Positions 1 to 8,243 of a stretch of DNA of 64,000 bases are shown one piece after another (the stretch's first letter is position 1; the number at the start of each line of letters is the position of its first letter). This DNA is from Candidatus Iainarchaeum sp. (GTDB taxonomy: Archaea; Micrarchaeota; Micrarchaeia; Anstonellales; Bilamarchaeaceae), in assembly GCA_028686985.1 (NCBI GenBank), contig JAQUBA010000001.1, forward strand, positions 17,194 through 81,193. The letters are read 5' to 3'. The notes below the pieces were generated by a model, which ran no database searches, was not told where the DNA came from, and saw only the letters and a list, made by a program, of their open reading frames with translations. The translations under genes and the position numbers were made by a program.

Positions 1-440
1 ACCTCTGAATCCACAGTTCCCTCAAATTTAGCGCCCCTTTTCTCGAATCCACCCCTCAGTTCAGTATAATTCGCTATGTGACCGTTGTGCGAGACGGCGA
101 GCCCAATCTTTTGCAGCACCGAGGGCTGCACGTCCTCAATCCCGAACCCTTCCGTGGTCGGGTACCTGGTATGGGCAATTCCGATGCCGCCCTCCATTGC
201 GATGTCCTTTTCCGAAAATATGCGGGAGACCAATCCGAGCCCCTTCTTCTCGTTAAGCTTCTTTCCGTCGTAGATGACCATGCCTGCGGCATCCTGGCCC
301 CTGTGCTGGAGCGCAAGCATGCCGTTGTAAACATAATTAGCCACGGGCTTGCTGTTTTTGGATACGACAGCGACTATGCCGCAGCTTTCTCTCTTTTGCT
401 CTCCAGCCCATATATCGGGCTGTCGATCAAACTTTTCCAT
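1..440 (-). CDS. purF: Amidophosphoribosyltransferase (class-II glutamine amidotransferase), N-terminal part; the gene runs off the window start
   Basis: Hand translation of the minus strand from ATG at 440 gives MEKFDRQPDIWAGEQKRESCGIVAVVSKNSKPVANYVYNGMLALQHRGQDAAGMV...GIAHTRYPTTG...SHNGHIANY. A nucleophile Cys after a short propeptide and the LQHRGQ motif fit PurF rather than GlmS. It is absent from the ORF track because it has no stop inside the window. Confidence 0.6.
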   Translation of the reverse strand, partial: MEKFDRQPDIWAGEQKRESCGIVAVVSKNSKPVANYVYNGMLALQHRGQDAAGMVIYDGKKLNEKKGLGLVSRIFSEKDIAMEGGIGIAHTRYPTTEGFGIEDVQPSVLQKIGLAVSHNGHIANYTELRGGFEKRGAKFEGTVDSE

Positions 441-490
441 ATCATCCCTTTGCCGTTGATGTTTTAAAAGCATGTTTTTCTGTCCTTTAT

Positions 491-506
491 TGTAACCATG
501 GTTACA
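491..506. promoter_or_regulatory. Perfect 16-nt palindrome TGTAACCATGGTTACA (copy 1 of 2)
   Basis: Read directly. It lies 7 nt after the TAG stop of the Nre gene (minus strand) and about 20 nt upstream of a TTTTAAAA box that precedes the purF ATG at 440. A 15/16 identical copy is at 12431..12446. Confidence 0.6.
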
Positions 507-513
507 TACAATC

Positions 514-1701
514 CTAGAAAAATTCATCCAGCCTTCTCTGCGTCAGGATTTTGCTCCTCTCCGCATACGCCGAAATCCCCTTCCTCAGCCTGCTCCCCAT
601 GGAAGCAAGCGCCTCTCCCAGTGTTGAGTATTTCCTCACGCTCAGCGTCGCATCCCGCACGTTCTCCCGCACCTGGAACACCCCCACCGGCACCTGATAC
701 CCCTCATAAATCTCACGAATGGACATCACCCGCGCCTGCTTCCTTATCCTGTCCAGGAACTCCAGCACCCCTATGCGCACCGCATAATACCCGCCCGCCT
801 GCGCATCCGCATACTTCGTCCTGCCTTCAAACGGCTCGTGCTCCTCGCTCACGCGGAAATCCGAACCACCCATGGTCCAAATCGTGCCCGGCGACCACGC
901 CTCAAAATTCTCAAACTCCCATTTGCCGGGCATCACGAGAATCTCAAAGTGATTAGATAATGACTCATGGCTCAGCACATAGAAGTCCGAAACCTCCGCA
1001 TACCCGCGCACCCTCCCCATCAGGTATTTCCCCAGCATGTCGTCCGTGGCCGTGATGCTCCACCTTGTGGGCACCATCTTCCTGTCCGCCTTCATCCCCA
1101 GCAATCCAGCCGACAAAACCTTAGTAATGTAATAGTTGTCCAGCCCGGTCTCAAACATCTCCGTTACAATCTCCCGCGCCCGTGCCTTCTCCTGCAATAG
1201 TTCATCCGCTTTCTTAGGAATCTTCGGATTCTCGCACAGCCGCACGTCCTTCATCGTCCCCGAAGCGCCGATGGGCTGCGCCACTGAAGAAAACTTCAGG
1301 CTGAACACGGGCTCCTTTGAGAACAGCATCTCCACATCCACGGGCCGCACGCTCATCGCCACGTCCTGCGTTTCTTCCGCCATTCTTCCAGCTGGCCTTA
1401 TTCCCCCGTACCTCTTCCCGCGCACCACATTCACGCGGTGCTCAATAATCTTCTCATACCCCATCTCATAGATGTCCCGCTCTCCCGCATACTCCTGCAG
1501 GGGCACCACCGGCCCCCACGAGACCGAAGGATACCCAAAACTCCCGACAAAAACTTCTGCGCTCTCCCCGAAGACCGTTTTCTTCCCCAAGCTCTCCGCA
1601 CCCCTTCTCATTGCGGCAATCTTGCTGAGGAGGGGGCAGTAGTCCAGCCCGCACATCTTCCGGGTGCCCTTGCATATGTGGCAATAGTGGTCCGGCCTCA
1701 T
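514..1701 (-). CDS. Nre-family DNA repair protein (DUF650/DUF651 type)
   Basis: ORF 514..1800. The family-typical N-terminus (MRPDHYCHICKGTRKMCGLDYCPLL, a Cys-rich zinc-type motif) begins at Met34, so the start is placed at 1701. The upstream 33 codons are G/R-rich and look non-coding. Confidence 0.6.
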   Translation of the reverse strand: MRPDHYCHICKGTRKMCGLDYCPLLSKIAAMRRGAESLGKKTVFGESAEVFVGSFGYPSVSWGPVVPLQEYAGERDIYEMGYEKIIEHRVNVVRGKRYGGIRPAGRMAEETQDVAMSVRPVDVEMLFSKEPVFSLKFSSVAQPIGASGTMKDVRLCENPKIPKKADELLQEKARAREIVTEMFETGLDNYYITKVLSAGLLGMKADRKMVPTRWSITATDDMLGKYLMGRVRGYAEVSDFYVLSHESLSNHFEILVMPGKWEFENFEAWSPGTIWTMGGSDFRVSEEHEPFEGRTKYADAQAGGYYAVRIGVLEFLDRIRKQARVMSIREIYEGYQVPVGVFQVRENVRDATLSVRKYSTLGEALASMGSRLRKGISAYAERSKILTQRRLDEFF

Positions 1702-1818
1702 CGCACGGACATCTCTTCCGGCGCTAAAAAGCTTATGCCTGCCCCGATTCCGGTTTCCGCCGCCCACCCCGGTACGCTGGCATCGGCAGCCGCCGCCCAC
1801 CGTCGGTCCCCAGATAGC

Positions 1819-1826
1819 TTTAAATA
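1819..1826 (+). promoter_or_regulatory. TATA-like box TTTAAATA for the tfe gene
   Basis: AT-rich octamer 31-38 nt upstream of ATG 1857. This is typical archaeal spacing for a near-leaderless mRNA. Confidence 0.5.
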
Positions 1827-1856
1827 CAACTTCAGCGTAGGTATAGAAGTGATAAG

Positions 1857-2639
1857 ATGGCAGTAAGGGCCACGCGTCCTTCTAAAGGAAAAAAGACCCC
1901 CAGCAGAAGGAATTCCCGCAAGGTTTCTAAACCCAAAACATCCGTTTCCAGCCGCAAGGCCGCGGCAAGGCCAAAATCTGGAGCAAGGTTCCTAAGGGCG
2001 AAGGCAAGGTCCTCAAAAATAAAGGCAAGCTCTTCAAAGGCAAGGCAGGTAAAATCCTGGTCCAAGCCCAAGCTGGGGAAGCTTAAGGCGCGGCTAAAGA
2101 AGCCATCTCCCGCCCCGAAGCTTCCAAGGAAGGCGCCCGAGCCGAAGCTCAATGCTGAGCTGGACGCGGTGCTCTCCAACTCCCGCGTGCGCCAGTTGCT
2201 CGTTGATTCGGGGGGAGAGAGCGCCCTTGACATAATGCGCGCGTTCACCAAGGAACTCTCGGACGACGACCTAGCCAAAAAGCTCAAGATAAAGATAAGC
2301 GACGTGCGCGCCACGCTCAACCGCCTGCACAACCTGGGCATAGTCCAGTACAACCGCTACAAGGACGCGGAGACCGGCTGGTTCTCCTACTATTGGTCCC
2401 TCAACCTGGAGAAGACCAAGGGCTGGGTGGATGAGCAGCTCATGAAGGAGTCCGCACCCGGCGATATCTCAAGCTCAGAATACTATTTCTGCCCCAAATG
2501 CGGCACCGAGAGCGTGTACGAGTTCGCGGCCGCCTCGGACTATTCCTTCCGCTGCCCGCTCTGCAACAAGGCGCTTGAATTCGTTGACGAGGATGCGGCC
2601 AAGGATTTGTTCCCCCGCATGCCCAAGAGGCCCATCTGA
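1857..2639 (+). CDS. tfe: Transcription factor E (TFE-alpha) with a ~100-aa basic low-complexity N-terminal tail
   Basis: The C-terminal ~160 aa has a winged helix (LSDDDLAKKLKIKISDVRATLNRLHNLGIVQY) and a zinc ribbon (CPKC...CPLC). The N-terminal ~100 aa is K/R/S/A/P-rich. The TATA position supports ATG 1857. Confidence 0.8.
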   Translation: MAVRATRPSKGKKTPSRRNSRKVSKPKTSVSSRKAAARPKSGARFLRAKARSSKIKASSSKARQVKSWSKPKLGKLKARLKKPSPAPKLPRKAPEPKLNAELDAVLSNSRVRQLLVDSGGESALDIMRAFTKELSDDDLAKKLKIKISDVRATLNRLHNLGIVQYNRYKDAETGWFSYYWSLNLEKTKGWVDEQLMKESAPGDISSSEYYFCPKCGTESVYEFAAASDYSFRCPLCNKALEFVDEDAAKDLFPRMPKRPI

Positions 2640-2704
2640 TTCGCCATTGGGCGCCGCGCTCCGATTACCTCATTCTTTTATCCCTTTCCTTCCAATCCAT
2701 AGCT

Positions 2705-3109
2705 ATGGGAAAGGAGAAGCAGGGGAAGCGCATCCAGGAGCTTAACGCTTATCTGGTCCCGTCTTTCCAGGGCAAATTCCTCGTCCTGCGCCGCAGGGGC
2801 TCCAGCATATGGGAATTCCCCGGAGGCGGCGTGGACTGGGGAGAGGACCCCTACACCGCCGCAATACGCGAATGCAGGGAGGAGATACGGCTTTCCCCCC
2901 ATTCCGTCAAATTGGTGGGCATAACTTCCGCCACCTACGACAAGGACGGAATTGAAAAGCACTCCATTTACATCGTCTATAAGGGCGAAATCAGCTCGGA
3001 CAAATACGAGCTTGGATTGGAGCATGAGGAGGGCAGGTGGGTCTCCCTAACCGAACTGCAGTTCATGCACCTTGGATTGAACGCGCAGGACGTTGCGCAG
3101 ATGCTCTAG
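2705..3109 (+). CDS. NUDIX hydrolase
   Basis: Nudix box GGGVDWGEDPYTAAIRECREEIRL (Gx5Ex7REUxEE). Confidence 0.8.
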   Translation: MGKEKQGKRIQELNAYLVPSFQGKFLVLRRRGSSIWEFPGGGVDWGEDPYTAAIRECREEIRLSPHSVKLVGITSATYDKDGIEKHSIYIVYKGEISSDKYELGLEHEEGRWVSLTELQFMHLGLNAQDVAQML

Positions 3110-3822
3110 TTTCGCTTCTTTTTCTTAAGGAAAAATATGTATTTCTCCGCCCGTTCCAATTGCCCCCTCAATCTCCTCACTTCCGAATCCCTCGCCACCT
3201 CCCCAACCCTTGCGTTCTTCGCCCTCTTCAGTTCCGCTTCCAGCCCGTCCGCCCTCACCTTCTCCAGTTCATACGCCTTCCTTATGTTAACGTTCTCTTC
3301 CGCCAGCCGCGCAACCCTCTCATCCCTCTTCTGCGCCCCGCCCCCTCTCTTAACTTCCTTCTCCTCGTCCGCACCTACCCTCTCCCCTTCTTTCCTCGTC
3401 AGCATCAGCTCCGCATTATGCAGCGAGTACCCCTGCACCACCATGTGCTTGAGCAAATCCTTGTCCAGTGCCGTGTCCATCCTTTCAATCTGCCTGAGCC
3501 GGTTCTCATAAATATGATAAGCTTTCATGGCGGCACCGTACGCATCCCGTATGTGCACGTCGTCAATGAACCCGCCCATCTGCTTCTTTTCCTCCTGCGT
3601 GAGGCTCCGCACAGGGTAGGACAGCCGCACGTTGAACCGTGCCGCCACCTTCTGCACGAAGCTCGGAGGAGGATTCACGTCGCTCGCAATAAGGGATGGC
3701 ACGCCCACATGCCTTATGATTTCCACCACGCGCTCGTCGCTCGCCTCCTTCTCGCATCCAGAGGCGACCAGTTCGCCTTTCAGGTTAAGTGCCGCAAAAG
3801 CAGTGTATACGCCCGGGTCCAC
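3106..3822 (-). CDS. DUF460/COG2433-like protein (RNase H-fold putative nuclease plus coiled coil), short form
   Basis: The N-terminus ..IVGVDPGVYTAFAALNLKGELV resembles the RuvC/YqgF-like start of DUF460. The C-terminal half is a charged coiled coil. The track start at 3822 is GTG, and a stop lies 7 codons upstream. Confidence 0.5.
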   Translation of the reverse strand: MDPGVYTAFAALNLKGELVASGCEKEASDERVVEIIRHVGVPSLIASDVNPPPSFVQKVAARFNVRLSYPVRSLTQEEKKQMGGFIDDVHIRDAYGAAMKAYHIYENRLRQIERMDTALDKDLLKHMVVQGYSLHNAELMLTRKEGERVGADEEKEVKRGGGAQKRDERVARLAEENVNIRKAYELEKVRADGLEAELKRAKNARVGEVARDSEVRRLRGQLERAEKYIFFLKKKKRN

Positions 3823-3855
3823 TCCAACGATAAGATGCTGTATTCAATCGCCTTC

Positions 3856-5082
3856 CTATTCCGTAGTCACGTGCTCCTGCTTCAGGAACAGCTTCTGCCC
3901 GCTTCTCAAATTTCTGTTCACGACCACCCCGCTTCCAATCCAGCATCCATTCCCAATCATCTTTCCGGGCATGGTGCAGGAGAGCACCCCGAACTTCGTC
4001 TCATCCCCCACGATTACACCCAGCTTCTTCCTTCCGGAATTTACCCATCCCTTTTCCGTGAGAACGTTCACGTGGCCGGCATCAAACCTGTAATTCGCCA
4101 CCTGGGTCCCGGAGCCGAAATTCACACCCTCCCCAACCACGCTGTCCCCTATGTAGGTAAGGTGCTTTGCTTTCACCCCATCAAACAAAATGCTGTTCTT
4201 CACAGTAGTGGATTCCCCAATCTCGCAATTCCGGCCAATGGAGTTAAATCCCCTCAAAAGTGCATGAGGCCCTATTTTGGTCCCGGCCCCGATGTATGAG
4301 GCCCCCTCCACGAAACTATCCACGACCTCCGCGCCCTCCTCCATTATGAGCTTGCCTTTCACAGTGGAGTTCTCCACCAGCCCGGTGTTTGCCTCCATTT
4401 TTCCAAGGAGATACTCATTCAGCGTAAATAGGTGCCACGGATACCCAACGTCCATCCAGAAGTCTTCCGTCTCCACAACGTGCGCCCCCTTCAGCACGTC
4501 CGTAATCTCGTATTCCCCGCGAGGGGAGGGCGCCAATTTCCTAATCTCGTCAAATACGCTCTTATTGAACGCATAAACAGAAATGTTCGCCAGATTCCCT
4601 TTAGGATGCTCCGGCTTCTCCACCATGCCCGTGAGCACGCCGTCCTCCACTTCCGCAATCCCGAACCCATGCGGGTTATCCACCTTCTTCAGCCCGACCG
4701 TCTTGCTTCCCCTGTGCTTCTCCACCACATCCCGGTAAATCTCCGAATCACAAACATTGTTCCCATCCACGACCAGGAAGTCCTCTCCTGTTTTTCCCAG
4801 TGCCGCCTCAATCGCCGCGGCGGTCCCGTGCTTCTCGCCCTGAACCGCGAATTCTATGCCCATCCCCAATTTCTCTTTAGCCAAATAATCTATGATTTGC
4901 TCCTTCCTGTACTTTACCACGACCACAGCTTCCTTTATGCCCGCCTTCTTCAGATTAGAGAGCACGTGCCAGATTAGCGGCTTCCCTGCCACCTGCAGCA
5001 TCGCCTTTGGCCGCGTATATGTAAGGGGGCGCATCCTTTCGCCCTCCCCCCCTGCGAGTACGACTGCTTTCAACCATTCCAC
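3856..5082 (-). CDS. glmU: Bifunctional sugar-1-phosphate nucleotidyltransferase/acetyltransferase (archaeal GlmU-like)
   Basis: N-terminal LAGGEGERMRPLTYTRPKAML nucleotidyltransferase motif plus C-terminal left-handed beta-helix hexapeptide repeats. The start is GTG 5082 or TTG 5073, the latter giving MKAVVLAGG. Confidence 0.8.
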   Translation of the reverse strand: MEWLKAVVLAGGEGERMRPLTYTRPKAMLQVAGKPLIWHVLSNLKKAGIKEAVVVVKYRKEQIIDYLAKEKLGMGIEFAVQGEKHGTAAAIEAALGKTGEDFLVVDGNNVCDSEIYRDVVEKHRGSKTVGLKKVDNPHGFGIAEVEDGVLTGMVEKPEHPKGNLANISVYAFNKSVFDEIRKLAPSPRGEYEITDVLKGAHVVETEDFWMDVGYPWHLFTLNEYLLGKMEANTGLVENSTVKGKLIMEEGAEVVDSFVEGASYIGAGTKIGPHALLRGFNSIGRNCEIGESTTVKNSILFDGVKAKHLTYIGDSVVGEGVNFGSGTQVANYRFDAGHVNVLTEKGWVNSGRKKLGVIVGDETKFGVLSCTMPGKMIGNGCWIGSGVVVNRNLRSGQKLFLKQEHVTTE

Positions 5083-5125
5083 CCGTATTTATTCCTGCGC
5101 AAGAGAATAAGAAATTAACTAACGC

Positions 5126-5173
5126 CTAAACCGCCTTCCTAATGGCTTCCCTCGCCTTGCCCGCAACCTTATC
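5126..5173 (-). pseudogene. Relic duplicate of the last 15 codons plus stop of glmM
   Basis: The minus strand reads GATAAGGTTGCGGGCAAGGCGAGGGAAGCCATTAGGAAGGCGGTTTAG, translating DKVAGKAREAIRKAV*. The live glmM end is DKVCSKAREAIRNAV* (5206..5253). By hand count 12/15 aa and about 34/48 nt are identical. Confidence 0.6.
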
Positions 5174-5183
5174 CCCGAACCGC

Positions 5184-5201
5184 GGAGGGGGGCGCCCCTC
5201 C
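5184..5201. repeat. G-run/C-run hairpin GGAGGGG-GGCG-CCCCTCC (4th copy of the hairpin seen next to tRNAs)
   Basis: Read directly: 7-bp stem and 4-nt loop, starting 5 nt after the glmM stop codon. It is the same type as the hairpins at 15310..15326, 24177..24194 and 24543..24560. Confidence 0.6.
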
Positions 5202-5205
5202 CCCA

Positions 5206-6543
5206 TCAAACTGCGTTCCGTATGGCTTCTCTTGCTTTACTACAAACCTTATCCAGCAATTCCTTCGTCTTCGCTTCCGCCGTCAGCCTGATGATGCTCT
5301 CGGTCCCGGAAGCCCTGACCAGAACCCAGTATCCATCCCCGTCTATGCGTATCCCGTCCCCGGTTTCCCGTTTCCCTTCCAATTTGAGCGTCCCGGCTAT
5401 CTTCTCCATTGCCCTCACCCGGTCAGCCGTCTTGAACTTCTCCCTGGCCATGGGATTGGTCTTGAATCTGGAGGCAAGAACGCTCAATTTTCCCTTCCCA
5501 CAAAACAGCTCGACATACTTTGCCGCAGCCATAACCCCATCCGGCACGAGCACCCCTCCCCTAAAAACATATTCCCCTGCAGGTTCCCCGCCGAAGACCG
5601 CCCCGCTCTTCTCCATCTCCTCGCTCACATGCACGCTTCCCACAGGGGTCAGGACAAACCGCCCTCCATTCCCCTCAACAGTCTCCTTCACAATGAGCGA
5701 GCTCTCCACCGAGCTGATGATTTTCCCCTTCTTCCGCGCAAGCTCCTCCCCAACCATGAGCGCAAGCTGCACGTCCGCATTCAAGAGCTCGCCGCGCTCA
5801 TCCACAATAGCGCACCTGTCCGCGTCCCCGTCATGCGCAATCCCGAAATCAGCCCCGCAGCTCCGCACAGCCGAGCTCAGCCACGACAAATTCTCCTTAT
5901 TCGGCTCAGAAGGCCGGTTGAACCCGCGCGTTTCGCAGTTCAGGGACACAACCTTGCAACCAAGCTCACGCAATAAATACGGCGTAACCAGCGCCCCGGC
6001 CCCGTTGCAGTCCACCACCACCTTCGGCTTCTTTTTCGCAATCAGTTCAGTATCCACATTCTTTTTCACAAGTTCCATATATTCCGGGATGACATCCTCC
6101 CTCCTTCTTTCGCCAGGGGAGGCCCCATATCCCATCCCGCCCCCATGCCTTTCCAACACCCTCTTCTCCTCGGCGCGGCTTATCTCCCGCCCCTTTCGCA
6201 TGAACTTCAATCCATTATACTCCGCCGGATTATGTGAGGCGGTCACCATCAGGCCCCCACATCCGTATTTCATGCTCGCAAACGCCACAAGGGGCGTAGG
6301 GGCTATCCCAAGCCCAATCCCATCGTGTCCTGAAGAAAGAACCCCGCTCATGGCCGCAAAAGCCAGCGGAACCCCGCTCCCGCGCGTATCCCTCCCTATG
6401 CAAACATCCGTTTCAGCAAAGGCATTCGCCAGGCGCAGCGCAAGCTCAGGCGTAATATCCTTTCCATAGATGCCCCTGATACCGGAAGTGCCGAACATCC
6501 ATTCCATTTCCCCAGAAGCCCATTTAAACGTAGTTGTGTGCAT
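5206..6543 (-). CDS. glmM: Phosphoglucosamine/phosphohexose mutase
   Basis: FGTSGIRG N-terminus, the active-site TASHNPAEYNGLKF, and GDGDADR. A TATA-like TTTTAAAATA about 25 nt upstream supports ATG 6543. Internal Met codons at 6507 and 6498 are alternative starts. Confidence 0.85.
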   Translation of the reverse strand: MHTTTFKWASGEMEWMFGTSGIRGIYGKDITPELALRLANAFAETDVCIGRDTRGSGVPLAFAAMSGVLSSGHDGIGLGIAPTPLVAFASMKYGCGGLMVTASHNPAEYNGLKFMRKGREISRAEEKRVLERHGGGMGYGASPGERRREDVIPEYMELVKKNVDTELIAKKKPKVVVDCNGAGALVTPYLLRELGCKVVSLNCETRGFNRPSEPNKENLSWLSSAVRSCGADFGIAHDGDADRCAIVDERGELLNADVQLALMVGEELARKKGKIISSVESSLIVKETVEGNGGRFVLTPVGSVHVSEEMEKSGAVFGGEPAGEYVFRGGVLVPDGVMAAAKYVELFCGKGKLSVLASRFKTNPMAREKFKTADRVRAMEKIAGTLKLEGKRETGDGIRIDGDGYWVLVRASGTESIIRLTAEAKTKELLDKVCSKAREAIRNAV

Positions 6544-6593
6544 TTAAGTGTTAAAGCGTGTATTTTAAAAGCTTTACGCCCCATTATATACAT

Positions 6594-8243
6594 ATGGCAG
6601 ACCAGAATGGGAGACCCAGCGGCCCCCATACAAGAGAAGAGCACTACAGAAGGCTCAGCGCGCAGTACAGGGCGGTGCACGAAAGGATGCGCAGGCATAC
6701 CATGAGTTTCACCCCGTCCCAGCCGGCGGCAGCCCCATTGGTCGCGCCCCCAGCCCCGGGCCGCAGCACTACGCCAACGCTCAAGGGCACTGGTCTCGCC
6801 GTGAATCCGGCACCGGTTGCACCTGCCGAAGACTACTGGGCTGCATTGAAACAAGCCGCGGGGGAGGTTGCGGAGCAGACACAGGCCGAGGACATGCGGG
6901 CCACCCTGATGAAGTCCCCCTTCGGCGAACACGCAGAGTCTTATAGGGACTTCATAGCCAGCGTGGAGAGCGAGTTGGCGCCTGTCCTTAGGGCAATCCG
7001 GGCAAGGCCCGCGGAGGTAAAGGCATACGAAGAGGCCAAGAAGGCGGCCGAGGAAAAGGCCAAGGGGGAGGGGAAGAAAGCCGAGGCCGTGCCGTACCCC
7101 CAGCCAATCGGGCTGGAGGTGGTCTCCTCCGGAGGCAGGGCATACCGCAACGAGGAGGAACAGGTTGGCGTACCGGCAGGCAAGGTCGCCGACACCATAA
7201 TCTCAAATCTCGGGGCAAGGCCGGATGGAAAGATGCTCCTCTGCATGATTGTTGATGCAATCCTCTCCAGCGCGCCGCTAACCGAAACAGAAGGCAAGGG
7301 CGAAACCGATATGAGGAACGGGTTCTACCGTGCGGTTGCCTGGTGCATATGCGCCCAGACCAATCTGCCGCAGCTTAGGGAATACCTGGCAAGGAACCAC
7401 CTGGCGCTCATAGACGCCGTGGGGATCGCTACGGGCGTCTCCGCCAGCGAGCGCCTTGCCCCGGCGGAATCAATGCGCCTTGTCTACGACCTCATGTCCC
7501 ACAAATGGGCCTCCTCGGGCTTCAACCACATGCAAACCATCCTTAGGAAGGCTGGCATGGGCGGGGATGTTGACTTATACCTGGCGTCCCTCTTCATAAC
7601 CGTGCTGCTGGGCGAAGCCGAGAGATACCAGCGCATTTCACAGACCACCTTCTTCGTTTCCACCGAGGCAAGGAATCTATCGGAGAGGTCAAATGAAAGG
7701 GTTAGGCTCCTTAGTGAACGGGACTTCTACGCGCTCCTCAATTCCAGGGGCATGCTTTCGGTTGCCCAGCAGGAGATGGTCGGCAACCTACATATGGCAA
7801 TCGCAGAAAAATTCTCAGGTTATGCCCATGCGCAGGGCGATGACAGGGCCGCCCCCTATTTCGTGGGCTTCAGGCCGAGGGAGATAGCGCATATGTTCAC
7901 AACCCTCATAGAGGGCATCAACTTCATCCTTGACAATCCGCGGATAAAGGAAGCGACGCTGACGCTTCTTGACATAGTCGTGGCCAAGGGCGAGAACCCG
8001 CTCCTGCTCACCGCAGATGCGAGGCTGCAGCTGAACCTCGTTGATTTCAAAAGGATACTGCTGCTGAACCTTTTCACTTCGCAGGCGGACATGCAGAAAT
8101 ATGCGAACCTTTACGGCCTGCTCTCAGGGATGCACATAACGTCGGAGCCGAACCTCGCGGACATCCATGCTGAGTTCATCAAAACGCATGAGGGCGGGCA
8201 GTCCCAGGTGAACCTCTTCCCGGAGGACGACTCTCCGTTCTAA
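6594..8243 (+). CDS. Hypothetical protein, 549 aa, no recognisable domain
   Basis: Long uninterrupted ORF with only short antisense ORFs opposite. The start is moved to ATG 6594 (MADQNG), about 25-30 nt downstream of TATTTTAAAA. It has a Pro/Ala-rich N-terminal region, a KAAEEKAKGEGKK stretch, and no TM segments. Confidence 0.6.
   Translation: MADQNGRPSGPHTREEHYRRLSAQYRAVHERMRRHTMSFTPSQPAAAPLVAPPAPGRSTTPTLKGTGLAVNPAPVAPAEDYWAALKQAAGEVAEQTQAEDMRATLMKSPFGEHAESYRDFIASVESELAPVLRAIRARPAEVKAYEEAKKAAEEKAKGEGKKAEAVPYPQPIGLEVVSSGGRAYRNEEEQVGVPAGKVADTIISNLGARPDGKMLLCMIVDAILSSAPLTETEGKGETDMRNGFYRAVAWCICAQTNLPQLREYLARNHLALIDAVGIATGVSASERLAPAESMRLVYDLMSHKWASSGFNHMQTILRKAGMGGDVDLYLASLFITVLLGEAERYQRISQTTFFVSTEARNLSERSNERVRLLSERDFYALLNSRGMLSVAQQEMVGNLHMAIAEKFSGYAHAQGDDRAAPYFVGFRPREIAHMFTTLIEGINFILDNPRIKEATLTLLDIVVAKGENPLLLTADARLQLNLVDFKRILLLNLFTSQADMQKYANLYGLLSGMHITSEPNLADIHAEFIKTHEGGQSQVNLFPEDDSPF

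Noticed and set aside
3037-4299. A 420-aa plus-strand ORF, and similar long ORFs at 5222..6469, 12470..13318, 14218..15102, 36112..37071, 42674..43597, 31165..32019 and 16084..16953.
   Set aside because: They are antisense shadows of genes with unmistakable homologues on the other strand (glmU, glmM, secD, secF, ftsY, pheS, radA, nadK). Their translations are low-complexity P/S/R/L-rich sequences, as expected for GC-rich DNA read in the wrong frame.
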